Origin: Candidatus Obscuribacteraceae bacterium | GTDB taxonomy: Bacteria; Cyanobacteriota; Vampirovibrionia; Obscuribacterales; Obscuribacteraceae | Reading direction: 5' to 3' | Assembly: GCA_044226015.1 (NCBI GenBank) | Contig: JBGAHS010000002.1 | Location: forward strand, 224,001-288,000 | Length of the DNA: 64,000 bases | Part shown: in pieces, positions 9,396-19,267 of the stretch | Numbering within the stretch: the first letter of the stretch is position 1 | How the letters are laid out: each line of letters opens with the position of its first letter | Program-made: the position numbers and the translations under genes | Notes under the pieces: model-generated | Seen by the model: the letters and a program-made list of their open reading frames with translations, nothing else | Database searches by the model: none | Told to the model about the DNA's origin: nothing

Positions 9396-9971
9396 ATGTT
9401 CGAGGACTTCACATTGAAAAACATCCTTCCTGCGTTAATCGCTTTTCTGATTGCAGCCCCCGCGGCACGAGCCGACTGGTTTGCTGACTACGTAAGCTAC
9501 AAGAGTTCGCCAGACTTAGGACAAATCGTAATCGAAGCCGGAAGGGTGAGGGGGAAACACAATGTCCTCAGAGTGCACAAAACCAGAGAAGCACTCGCAG
9601 CAAAAAATGTCTTCGTCGGAGCTGGCGAAACAGACCAAACATATAAGCGTACAAGCATTGTGGGAAACCATAGGGTCAACTGCACTGTGCTCATCCACCC
9701 ACCACTGGGGCACGGTTATGGCGGCTCAAATTACACAGCCGAGCTCATCGCGAGCATTGATGGCAAGGAAAAAGTTCACTGCAATATGGGCTACCTTGCA
9801 CAGGCAAATAACCTGCACATTGAAAAGGTAGTTATCTACCCGGAAGACGAGTTCATTGAAATGAGTGCAACAGCAGGCGACATGAACAGAGCAGTGACCC
9901 CACCCGTCAAACACTGCCTATTTGATGACCCACACATCATCAGCAACGAAAGCCTATTCTTCAATCGCTGA
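9396..9971 (+). CDS. Secreted hypothetical protein
   Basis: Signal peptide ending ARA-D; 191-aa ORF. Confidence 0.7.
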   Translation: MFEDFTLKNILPALIAFLIAAPAARADWFADYVSYKSSPDLGQIVIEAGRVRGKHNVLRVHKTREALAAKNVFVGAGETDQTYKRTSIVGNHRVNCTVLIHPPLGHGYGGSNYTAELIASIDGKEKVHCNMGYLAQANNLHIEKVVIYPEDEFIEMSATAGDMNRAVTPPVKHCLFDDPHIISNESLFFNR

Positions 9972-9973
9972 AT

Positions 9974-11383
9974 TTAGAGAGTTCCACAACAGGTTTTATT
10001 GAAGGTCTCAAAAAGCGCAGAGGCTTCCTCTATCTTTTTCTTGTTATTCGTTTTGATGAGAAAACTCTGGTACGCCTCATAAGCACGTTTAACTTCGTAG
10101 GCAGAGCGACTGAGCTTGCTCTTCTCTTCTGCTGTAAGCTTGTCGATACCTGTTTCATCGCGATCTTCAAAAACCGGACCACTCAATTCTCGTGGGCGTG
10201 CATGTTCATCAGCTTCTTTCGCAAATGCAGTTTCTAAGCCGAAACAAACATTGGCTCGATGAAAAAGATTGCACTCTTTAAGGACATAATAGTGTGTGAT
10301 CAAATTGTTGACGAGAGACTTATTGGCAGCGAGCAATTCATAGAACAATGTGGGGTCATCCGAAAGCTTTCGGATGACGTATTGCTTTGGACCTTGACGC
10401 TTGCTATCCAGGTCTGAAAATGCTCTAAGAAGCTCTACCTTATGCTCAGACCGTTTCTCCATCTTGGTCTTCCATTCCTCATACAAAGACTTAGCAGCGG
10501 AGTCACGCTTTGTTTCATAGTAGACCTCAGCAAGCAGAGCCACCATCGCACCACATTTAGTATCAGGAAAAGATTCCGCCTCTTCCTTTGCGAGCATGGC
10601 GCTGCAGAGCTTCTCGACTGCTGAATAATCTTTCTGCGCCAGATAAGCTTTGCCGAGATAGAATTCAACAGAGAATAGCTTGCTTTCAGTGCCTGGCTGT
10701 TTTTGATTCAGCAGAAGAGCACGAGCTTCAAGCAAATTTTCTATAGCTTCTGCTGCCTTGCCCCGCTCTTCTTGCAACATTCCAAGGTAAGCGAGAATTC
10801 TTGCTATCATTTGTTCATCTGACTGAGTGCCCTGATTTGCGAGTCGAAGAGCCTCCTGGGCAATAGCAACGCTAACGCTATAGCTGTCTAGAACCATTGG
10901 TGATGAAGTTGCAAGATCAAGAAGATTCGCAAGATAGTCTCCTTTTGGATTTTTCCCTGACCACTCGGTTCTCACCGATTCAAAACAAATAGCAGCGTTC
11001 GACTTATCACCAATAACATCATAGCTTGCGGCAATCAATGCAAGTTCATAGGACTCAGGTGCGGCTGTTGCTGCGGCTGTTGCTGCGGATGTTGCTTTAT
11101 ACAATGCGAGAGCCTTATCAACATAGGCGTGGGCAGCTCTTTTGTCTCGTTTTACATAACACAAATTCAACGCATATTTCAGGTTCGACTCAATTCGTTC
11201 GCTCACGGTGCCGGAAGATTTGACCTGATTCAAATCAAACTCGCGATCTGCCTTACTAATAGAATCAGGATTTTTGTTTGCCGTCATTTCTGCTTCTCCA
11301 GCAAAAGCTCCACAAGACTGAATCATGAGCATTGCTGCCAGTGAAACAACAGATTTGAGTAGATTAGTAGCGCCGGTTTTCAT
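9974..11383 (-). CDS. Secreted TPR-like helical-repeat protein
   Basis: Likely start MKTGATN at 11383 with signal peptide (AFA-G); TPR-like segments such as LAYLGMLQEERGKAAEAIENL. Confidence 0.7.
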   Translation of the reverse strand: MKTGATNLLKSVVSLAAMLMIQSCGAFAGEAEMTANKNPDSISKADREFDLNQVKSSGTVSERIESNLKYALNLCYVKRDKRAAHAYVDKALALYKATSAATAAATAAPESYELALIAASYDVIGDKSNAAICFESVRTEWSGKNPKGDYLANLLDLATSSPMVLDSYSVSVAIAQEALRLANQGTQSDEQMIARILAYLGMLQEERGKAAEAIENLLEARALLLNQKQPGTESKLFSVEFYLGKAYLAQKDYSAVEKLCSAMLAKEEAESFPDTKCGAMVALLAEVYYETKRDSAAKSLYEEWKTKMEKRSEHKVELLRAFSDLDSKRQGPKQYVIRKLSDDPTLFYELLAANKSLVNNLITHYYVLKECNLFHRANVCFGLETAFAKEADEHARPRELSGPVFEDRDETGIDKLTAEEKSKLSRSAYEVKRAYEAYQSFLIKTNNKKKIEEASALFETFNKTCCGTL

Positions 11384-11663
11384 GATATTTCTCGCTTGGA
11401 ACACAAGAACATCTATTATGAAGTGAGGGAATTTAGCGTGCCTGGGGTTACAGTTAAGCATCTGTTTTATATTTGCACGTTTACGCAAAAGCAATGCTCA
11501 ATTCAACGGTAGAGACTGGTAAAGCACACATTTAAACCAGCCACTCCAGGTATTAAATTCGTAGACAGGTTGAATTGATGGCTGGAAACAGGAAGGCACT
11601 GTTCCAGCAATGTATGGCGAAAAGCCGCTTGACTGGAGCTAAGCGCGAAAGCGGAGGCTCTAT

Positions 11664-12923
11664 ATGACCAATAACAGACCAGAAGAATTCGAATCCAAAG
11701 AAAAGTCCGTAGACAATCTCGCTGATGCGGCGCTGGCAAATATCTATAACGAAATAAACTCCGATAGAAGCCGAGCGCAGACGTCACCCTCGGATATTTC
11801 GAATCTGCCCAAAATGACAATTGAAGATTCGAACAAGTCCGATATAGGCAACAAAGTTCCAAGCCTATCAAACTTACTAAGAAACCCACAACAAATAGAA
11901 AAATCGCAAACTCCATCGCAAAGCGATGCTTTGAATAAGTCGCCAAACAAAAAGGAACATATAGATAGTCGTTCGCATTCCGTCGATAAGAACGCGCCAA
12001 TTCAAAATAGAATCAAGGAAACACTTACTAATCCAAGCTCGACCGACCAGTCATCGGAGACAAAGAAGCCTCAACGAAAACCAGAGACCAACCCAGCCGA
12101 CGTCAGTGCAAAGGATTCAGGCTCCCATCCAAATCAAAAGCCAAAGGGAAGCGAAATGCCAATGCCTTCTAAAATCGAAAATCAAGCCGAGGAAAAAGGT
12201 CTTGGTCTGAACAATCACATTGAGGCAGGTAAAATCTCGCAGAAACCGGAAACAAAAAAGAGTCCAGAATCCGGCTCTGATATCTTGAATCAAAAATCTG
12301 ATACCTTGCCCAAACTTACAATTGAGGACAAATCAAACTCGACAAATAAAGTTGATAAGGACTCCATTGACAGGTCCGAAAAAAAAACGAACCTAGATGA
12401 TTCAAAAAGTAGCACTGAGTCAGATTCGAAAAACCAGGAAAGCACCGACGACGCTGAGCTGAAAGAACTCGAGGAAGAAGAAAAGAAGGAAGCGGAAGCC
12501 GCACGTCAAGAGATGCAAGAGGCTACTGAGCTTGCAAAAGAACACTTGCAAGCTGCAGAGGACATGCTGAAAAAAGGTGATTATGCAGGGTTGATGAAAC
12601 TGGCATCAGAACTCGAAGACAAAAAGAACAACGGTTCGCTGGCACTTGCTAGATTAATTGCAAAAGACACTGGAGTTCATATCAGCTTCCTTGGCGGCGG
12701 CAAGGGCGGCATGAGCATTAATTTTGACCACAAGGGATTTGAGCCACATGTTTCTGACGCAATTCGCAGCTGGAAAACTGTTGAAGTAGATAGAAACGGA
12801 AAAGCAATAGAAGCCTACCAGAGCGCAGAAGGCGGATATCTGGGAATCAGCAAGAAGGAGAAGCTTGATCTATCAGCAACTCAAGCTGAACTTGACGCAC
12901 TCTTGAAAAAGGCGAAGCGCTAA
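11664..12923 (+). CDS. Hypothetical protein, disordered S/K/E/N-rich N-terminus and folded C-terminus
   Basis: 419-aa ORF with GGAGG RBS; LPKMTIED/LPKLTIED repeated. Confidence 0.75.
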   Translation: MTNNRPEEFESKEKSVDNLADAALANIYNEINSDRSRAQTSPSDISNLPKMTIEDSNKSDIGNKVPSLSNLLRNPQQIEKSQTPSQSDALNKSPNKKEHIDSRSHSVDKNAPIQNRIKETLTNPSSTDQSSETKKPQRKPETNPADVSAKDSGSHPNQKPKGSEMPMPSKIENQAEEKGLGLNNHIEAGKISQKPETKKSPESGSDILNQKSDTLPKLTIEDKSNSTNKVDKDSIDRSEKKTNLDDSKSSTESDSKNQESTDDAELKELEEEEKKEAEAARQEMQEATELAKEHLQAAEDMLKKGDYAGLMKLASELEDKKNNGSLALARLIAKDTGVHISFLGGGKGGMSINFDHKGFEPHVSDAIRSWKTVEVDRNGKAIEAYQSAEGGYLGISKKEKLDLSATQAELDALLKKAKR

Positions 12924-13086
12924 TTGATGGGCAACAAGTCCAGGGGCACCGCTGTTTCTCTGGCTAACTACCGATTCCGGGTGCCTTCTATGGGCGCTCC
13001 CGCGCTCTAAGCCTGGGCATGCCATCATGATATGGCTCCTGGACGAGCCTTTTAGCAATCCCGTAGCAAGCCATGTGGTGGGCTAA

Positions 13087-13112
13087 GAGCCGGCTGGAAG
13101 CCGGCGCCCCAG
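13087..13112. repeat. Single REP-like palindrome
   Basis: GCCGGCTGGAAGCCGGCGCCCC, same family as the 28328-28484 units. Confidence 0.5.
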
Positions 13113-13408
13113 GAGCTCCCGGAATTGCGCTCTAAGCCTGGGCGTGCTGAGAGCGCACTGGTATTTTTAGGAATGATCGCAGCATCATGAGGACCAACGT
13201 AAACGCGCTGGTCCTCTTCAATTCAACACTTTAAAAATAGAAAGGATGCACTCGTAGTCTGCATCCTTGTAAGGCATCAGGTGCCAGTTAGGGGACATTG
13301 AGCCCTATTGATTTCTATACTACCTGATGCATGTCGATAAGGCTACCTTGACAAAGCGAGTCTAATCTTAAATTTCTTCGGAGCTTCCGTATTTCGTCTG
13401 AATACTCG

Positions 13409-15124
13409 ATGAATGCTAGAATCCCAGGTACAGACCAAAGGATCACGCGAATTAGCTCCGACGTTAAGGGCATAGACAGCAACTGTGGCACAGCCAGCTC
13501 ATCAAAGAAACCGGCTGCGGCTTTAATCTATCCATTAATTGTGTTGGGTGCTGGCTTACTAACCTACTTGCCATGGCTGGGAAGTTATGGGTTGCTTGAT
13601 CCAACAGATAGCTTCTTCCTGGAATCAGGAAGAGAAATAATTGAGACGCAAAAGTATTTGCTTCCCATAAATAACTATGAGCCCTGGCTAGATAAGCCGA
13701 TTCTGTTTTTCTGGCTTGTTGTCGCGAGTTTTAAGGCTTTTGGCATTCAGATGTTTGCTGGTAGATTGCCCGCCGCGTTGTCCGCCATTGCGTGTTCTTT
13801 GATAATTTATGGTGGCACGCGCCCTATCCTTACACGACCTGCGGCTGCGCTTGCCGCGATAATCTTCCTTTCCTGCCCGCTTGTCTCAATAATCGGGCAT
13901 GTCTGCCTGACAGACATGACATTGTGCGCTCTGATTACAGGCACAATCCTTTATCTCTTCAAAGGACTAGTTGAGCGCAGCAAGACTCAACTCATAATCG
14001 GGTACTTGTTTGCTGCACTGGCATTTTTGTGCAAGGGTCCAATTGCGCTAATCATTTGCGGGATGGCACTATTTCCCTTTGTGGCATCGATCAGCCGCAG
14101 CATCCCACTGTTCTTCCAATACTTCCTAAGTTTCAGACCACTAATGGGATTGCTCATCGTTGCGATCATCAACCTACCCTGGTATATCCTGGCCGAGATT
14201 GAAAGCGGGTACAAGTTTTGGTACGCCTTTTTCTACCAGCAAAACTTCGGCAGAATGGTTGGAACAGTTAATCATCAAGGTCCGTTCTGGTTCTACATCC
14301 CAGTGTTTTTCGGTGGATTTTTCCCATGGTGCCTTTTTCTAATTTCTGGTTTTGGAATTTTCAAAAAAAGTTTTGAGCAGAAAATGGAGGAGAAGAGCAG
14401 ATTCAGGCAGTTATTGCGGCTTTGCGTTTTCTGGTTTCTAACAGTTATGATTCTGTTTTCTGCCATCAAGACTAAGCTACCGACATATATTCTGCCATGC
14501 TTGCCGGCCTTCGCGATTCTGGTAGCAATGCAGCTACAAATCATCGCGAGAAGCGGGAAAAAGATGGCGTTGCTAGTTCCTACCGCTATACTAAGCCTGG
14601 CATTTCCAGTTGCAGTGCTGATTACGCCGTCGTTGAAATCATATATCAAGCCCCTGATGATTGACCACGCATGGCTCCTGGCACCATCTGCGGTATTACT
14701 GTTATTCTGCTGGCTAAGCCTGGTCAAAAAACAATTCGGCAGATATGCCGTGTCGGTTAGCCTCATGGCGCTTCTTGCTTGCGGCACAATGGTTCCACAC
14801 GGGCTTCAAAGCTTTTACAAAGAGAAGCAGATTGGTTTTGGCAAACTTGTTCTAAAAGCGAAGAATGACAATGCTTCAGTTGCAATGATTTTTGCGGAGG
14901 AACCTTCTGTACCCTGGGTAATACATAAGCCAGTTTCCCGCTTGCTAAACAGCAAAGACGCCAAGCTTTTCCTTGATAGCAAACCGAAGCCTCACTATGT
15001 TCTAGTACAAACGGCAGTGCTTCCTCGACTAGACTGGTTCCCTAATGTAAGAGCGCAAATCTTGATGCAAGAAGGAAAATGGTATCTAATCGATGTCGAT
15101 GAACGCGTAGACAAATCGAGGTAA
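13409..15124 (+). CDS. ArnT/PMT_2-like (GT-C fold) membrane glycosyltransferase
   Basis: LLDPTDSFF.ESGRE, DKPILFFWL, GRLPAAL, LTDMTL, LCKGPIA, HQGPFWFY, TKLPTYILP; about 13 TM helices. Confidence 0.88.
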   Translation: MNARIPGTDQRITRISSDVKGIDSNCGTASSSKKPAAALIYPLIVLGAGLLTYLPWLGSYGLLDPTDSFFLESGREIIETQKYLLPINNYEPWLDKPILFFWLVVASFKAFGIQMFAGRLPAALSAIACSLIIYGGTRPILTRPAAALAAIIFLSCPLVSIIGHVCLTDMTLCALITGTILYLFKGLVERSKTQLIIGYLFAALAFLCKGPIALIICGMALFPFVASISRSIPLFFQYFLSFRPLMGLLIVAIINLPWYILAEIESGYKFWYAFFYQQNFGRMVGTVNHQGPFWFYIPVFFGGFFPWCLFLISGFGIFKKSFEQKMEEKSRFRQLLRLCVFWFLTVMILFSAIKTKLPTYILPCLPAFAILVAMQLQIIARSGKKMALLVPTAILSLAFPVAVLITPSLKSYIKPLMIDHAWLLAPSAVLLLFCWLSLVKKQFGRYAVSVSLMALLACGTMVPHGLQSFYKEKQIGFGKLVLKAKNDNASVAMIFAEEPSVPWVIHKPVSRLLNSKDAKLFLDSKPKPHYVLVQTAVLPRLDWFPNVRAQILMQEGKWYLIDVDERVDKSR

Positions 15125-15131
15125 AACATAA

Positions 15132-17231
15132 ATGGGCTGGCCCACACCTCAAGACTACAATGAAGCAATTCAAAATACACAAATCTGTTTCTTTGACTCT
15201 GAACTCAAAAACGGAGTGGTGCAACTAAATAAGTTAGGCATCCCAGCTTCTATTACGGGTTCTTTTGCCAGCGTTTACTCGGTGAGCACAGACAAACATA
15301 GATATGCAGTTCGTTGTCTATTGCACGACTTCCCTGATCAGCAGTTACGCTACGAAAGATTGAGCAAAGCAATTTGCTCTGACTCATTAGAATACACAAC
15401 AGATTTTGAATACCAAAAGGAAGGCATCAAGGTTGGAAATAAGGCTTTCCCGATTGTAAAAATGCTCTGGATTGCCGGTGAAAACCTTGACCTGTACATC
15501 GAAAAAAACTACAGCAAACCAAAAAAAGTAAAAGCTCTTCGTAACGACTTCCTTTCGATGTCTCGAGCATTGATGAATGAGGGATTCGCTCATGGAGACC
15601 TCCAACACGGCAACATCATAATGACGAAAGATGGTATACGCCTGGTTGATTACGATGGCATGTTCGTGCCGTCACTGACTGGTTTGTTGAGCAATGAACT
15701 CGGGCATCGCAACTATCAACACCCGGGCAGGACAAAACATCACTTTGGACCGTACCTGGATAATTTTTCGGCATGGGTAATTGATACGACACTGTTTTGT
15801 CTTGAATTGGATCCAACGCTCTACGAGAAATGGCATACGGGAAATGAAGCCATCATATTCGAGCAGAAAGACTTCCAAAATCCACAGAGCAGTGAGTTAT
15901 TTGCTGCTTTAGAAACTCATGATTCAGAAGAGATAAGAAATGCGAGCCGCCAACTTCGCACCATCATTAATTGCCTGGTTTCAAATGTCCCCGGTGTTTT
16001 TGATGAAGTTCCCTTAGCGGATGAACTTGAAATTGTATTGAAGAAACGCAAACAAGCAGCCCTGGCGGCCGAGTGGAAAGCAGCAGAGGAAATGCTAGAG
16101 AAGCAGAGAGAACTCGACAAAGAAGCACTCAGGTTAACGCAAACAGAACAAGACGAACTGCGCGAAAAACTGAAAACAATTGAGCATGACAAACCTGAAT
16201 GGCTCAAGGATGCAGAAAACCTTATGGATATCGATGCTGAAAACTTGATGGGGATCGAACACAACAAGGATAGGATTTCCGCACAAAAGAATCAAACATC
16301 GCAAAATCCTGCAGCACTGAAAGCAGTGTCCTTACTTACATCAAAAGAAATGTATGCAAAAGAAATCAAATATTCAGACGACTTAGAACTTGTATTTCCA
16401 GATTTAATTGTCGAAAAAGACGAAGCTGGTGAAATCAAAGACTATGGCTCAAACAACGCAGTTTATAAAATCACATACGCTACTAACACTTTCGCGTTGA
16501 AGTTTTTTGCAGCAAATGCGGAAGAGCTGACCCAAAGGTATAGTGCTCTATCCAATCATTTGGACAATGCGCACCCTTCATTACAAGACGTCCTGCTCAA
16601 GCCAGTCGTCCATGAGCAGCTGCTCACTCACCAGGGTACCAAACTACCTGGAATTCAGATGCCATGGCTTTGGGGAGCGGAGAATTTAGGCCATTTTATT
16701 CGTGTGAATAAGCCCGACTTCGATTACTCGGTGCTTACAAGTTTTCGCAAAGCGATGAAAATACTTCGCTTGTGTGGAGTTGCGCACGGAAGCCTTGAAC
16801 CTTCAAATATCATGGTTGACGCGGAATATAAAATCACGTTCGTTGATTACGACAACATCTACTTTGATAAGAGCTGCAAATTACTGGAGAGCAGCAAACC
16901 TGCAGCTGAATACAGACATCCACTTTTTGATGCATCTGAGTTTGGACCATCAGCGGACAATTTTCCTGCTTGGGTGATAGATACTATGTTGATGTGCTGG
17001 TCAGCTGACCGGCGCTTGTGGCGGGAAAACGAGAATGCGCGAGGAACACTATTTTTCACCCGGGATGACTTTGCGAATCCAAATGGCTCGGAATTGATGG
17101 GTAAGTTGCTAAAACATCAGGTCTACGACTTTACTCAAAGAGCTAAGCTAATGCTACTTTTCTCAAGAATGCGCGCCGCAGATGTGCCACCACTTACACT
17201 TGATGGATTTCCTCCGCCCGGGTTTATCTGA
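15132..17231 (+). CDS. Protein with two tandem protein-kinase-like domains (second degenerate) joined by a coiled coil
   Basis: Domain 1: GSFASVY, HGDLQHGNI, DYDGMF, ELGHRNYQHP, DNFSAWVID; domain 2: GSNNAVY, ALK, HGSLEPSNI, DYDNIY, YRHP, DNFPAWVID. Confidence 0.85.
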   Translation: MGWPTPQDYNEAIQNTQICFFDSELKNGVVQLNKLGIPASITGSFASVYSVSTDKHRYAVRCLLHDFPDQQLRYERLSKAICSDSLEYTTDFEYQKEGIKVGNKAFPIVKMLWIAGENLDLYIEKNYSKPKKVKALRNDFLSMSRALMNEGFAHGDLQHGNIIMTKDGIRLVDYDGMFVPSLTGLLSNELGHRNYQHPGRTKHHFGPYLDNFSAWVIDTTLFCLELDPTLYEKWHTGNEAIIFEQKDFQNPQSSELFAALETHDSEEIRNASRQLRTIINCLVSNVPGVFDEVPLADELEIVLKKRKQAALAAEWKAAEEMLEKQRELDKEALRLTQTEQDELREKLKTIEHDKPEWLKDAENLMDIDAENLMGIEHNKDRISAQKNQTSQNPAALKAVSLLTSKEMYAKEIKYSDDLELVFPDLIVEKDEAGEIKDYGSNNAVYKITYATNTFALKFFAANAEELTQRYSALSNHLDNAHPSLQDVLLKPVVHEQLLTHQGTKLPGIQMPWLWGAENLGHFIRVNKPDFDYSVLTSFRKAMKILRLCGVAHGSLEPSNIMVDAEYKITFVDYDNIYFDKSCKLLESSKPAAEYRHPLFDASEFGPSADNFPAWVIDTMLMCWSADRRLWRENENARGTLFFTRDDFANPNGSELMGKLLKHQVYDFTQRAKLMLLFSRMRAADVPPLTLDGFPPPGFI

Positions 17232-17234
17232 GGC

Positions 17235-17738
17235 GAGTTTCGGAAAATTCTTCGCGCCACTTGGCTGGCAGAAAAACATTGAAACTCAAACGGTACCAGT
17301 CGAGTTTTCAAAAATATCTTCGCGCCCTCTTGGCTGGCAGAAAAACTTTGGAACTCCACCGGTACCGGTCCAGTTTTCAAAAATATCTTCGCGCCCTCTT
17401 GGCTGGGCAGAAAAACATTGGAACTCCACCGGTACCGGTCCAGTTTTCAAAAATATCTTCGCGTCCTCTTGGCTGGCAGAAAAACTTTGGAACTCCACCG
17501 GTACCGGTCCAGTTTTCAAAAATATCTTCGCGCCCTCTTGGCTGGCAGAAAAACTTTGAAACTCCACCGGTACCGGTCCAGTTTTCAAAAATATCTTCGC
17601 GCCCTCTTGGCTGGCAGAAAAAACTCAGTACTCCACCGGTACCGGTCCAGTTTCAAAAATATCTTCGCGCCCTCTTGGCTGGCAGAATAAACTTAGAACT
17701 ACATCGGTACCGGTCCAGTTTTCTAAAAATATCTTCGC
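17235..17738. repeat. Tandem array A: about 7.5 copies of a 69-bp unit with a central ACCGGTACCGGT palindrome
   Basis: GGTACC at 17292, 17361, 17431, 17500, 17569, 17638, 17706; unit GAAAAACTTTGGAACTCCACCGGTACCGGTCCAGTTTTCAAAAATATCTTCGCGCCCTCTTGGCTGGCA. Confidence 0.95.
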
Positions 17739-17766
17739 CGCTGAGCGCCGAAAATTCGCTGAGAAT

Positions 17767-18216
17767 CTAAAAGGAAACACCGAAATGTTGGAGAATGAGT
17801 CCGCTGAGAAAAGACATCAAATTAGCAAACAAAACTGCCAGATAATCCTTGACCTTTTCCCTCTGAGACTGTTGCTTTACGCGTTGAAAAAGCAAGTAGA
17901 AAACAAAGCACTCAGATAAAGGCGCAAAAGCCTCCGAAACAAAAGCATAAATCGAAAACTGCTTATACGGGTCCCAAATAAGAGGAAAAATGAACACCAC
18001 AAAAGGATAGCTACATGCAGTTAACAACAGCCCTGCAAGCAGTTTTTGCTTGGTGGTATAACGTTTTCCCAGACAAATAAACAGAACAGGTGTCTCAATC
18101 AGCACGCTACTGAGATATCCTGATGAAGCCATTCGCAGCCATTCAGCCCAACTTATTTCCACTTCACAAAATCCAGAGCAGGAAGGGCAATTCCGCAAGA
18201 ATGTGAAAAACTGCAA
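17767..18216 (-). CDS. Small membrane protein (start uncertain, possibly near 18132)
   Basis: 4 hydrophobic helices; SVLIETPVL, SEAFAPLSEC, ANLMSF. Confidence 0.7.
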   Translation of the reverse strand: MQFFTFLRNCPSCSGFCEVEISWAEWLRMASSGYLSSVLIETPVLFICLGKRYTTKQKLLAGLLLTACSYPFVVFIFPLIWDPYKQFSIYAFVSEAFAPLSECFVFYLLFQRVKQQSQREKVKDYLAVLFANLMSFLSGLILQHFGVSF

Positions 18217-19243
18217 TTACAAAATAGAACTCTCTGCTTGCAGAGTAATTTCCGAGAAACGCAAACCAAAAGCAGAACACCACAAGCGTAGAAAAGGCAA
18301 AAACAGCTTTGACTGCGGATTGCCGGCTTTTACTAGCGCGAGAGAACGGCATCACATGAGTTTGCGTCTTACCTCGCTCAAACAAGCGTGCAGCAAATGG
18401 AATAGCCAAAAGCCAAACACCGTAATGCAGATTCTCCAGAAAAGTATGCAATGACACCAAAAGATGCGATGAAACATTTGAAAGCAAATAAGAGCCCGCG
18501 TGCCTTGCAATTTGCGAATCAAGCGGTGTCTGCGCCGCCAAAGATGCAGTGCCGGACAATCCTGTTATCATTGCGACCACAAGTGCCGCGGCGAATAAGA
18601 GCAATCCGCGATACGCAAGAATCCATTTCGGTCTTGAACGCCGTAACTCTCGGTCAAGTACACACAACGCGATCAATGGATGCAGATAAGTCAAGCATAT
18701 CCCAAACTCTAGCGGTTTCAGTAAACTGGCGGCCGCACAAACCGAAAGAAGAATCAAACCAAAATTGCGACGCTTTAAATCCTTTTTTATTGCGCGATTA
18801 TGCTGCTCGTTTTCACCAGGCGATACTCTACTAAAGTCGCGACGCAACAAAAGAAGCGTCGCAAGCCATCCATAGAAGAGAAAAATCCAAGCTTGAAATG
18901 ATGTAATCGATGCATCATACGAGAGCAGCTCACGACGCGTGAGAATAATAAGCGCCGCATAGAGCAGCCCTAATGTTGCAACTCCCGCAAAAGAGCTGCA
19001 AAAGAAAGCTCGTAGAGGTCCAAATCGTGAAGGCAACTTTGAAAAAAAATATCTAAGTTCAATCCAATTGTGTGGTGCAGCAAATAGGAAAACCGTGCCA
19101 ATCGAAAATGCAATTGGCGCAAACGATGAAATCAGAGCAGACAGCAAAATCCAAATAGCAGCCAGAAAGAAGAAGATGGAGCTGGAATCAGCAGACCCCG
19201 ACTTCTCCGCCATTGTTGGCTCATTTTTGTAAAGGCTCTGCAA
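18164..19243 (-). CDS. Polytopic membrane protein with four His-containing motifs
   Basis: APHNWIELRYF, YLHP, LENLHYGVW, FHILAELP in a multi-TM protein. Confidence 0.75.
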   Translation of the reverse strand: MQSLYKNEPTMAEKSGSADSSSIFFFLAAIWILLSALISSFAPIAFSIGTVFLFAAPHNWIELRYFFSKLPSRFGPLRAFFCSSFAGVATLGLLYAALIILTRRELLSYDASITSFQAWIFLFYGWLATLLLLRRDFSRVSPGENEQHNRAIKKDLKRRNFGLILLSVCAAASLLKPLEFGICLTYLHPLIALCVLDRELRRSRPKWILAYRGLLLFAAALVVAMITGLSGTASLAAQTPLDSQIARHAGSYLLSNVSSHLLVSLHTFLENLHYGVWLLAIPFAARLFERGKTQTHVMPFSRASKSRQSAVKAVFAFSTLVVFCFWFAFLGNYSASREFYFVIAVFHILAELPFLLWIL

Positions 19244-19267
19244 ATTGCACGCTCTGCTAACGCTGCT

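Noticed and set aside
17235..17738. CRISPR or TIGR-type guide array
   Set aside because: The whole unit repeats with no unique spacers, and no cas or effector gene is nearby; the same holds for 24462-24885.
17135..17770. Repeat-protein ORFs across array A (and 24199-25099 across array B)
   Set aside because: Open in several frames only because the unit lacks stops; indels and the 65-bp period cycle the frames.
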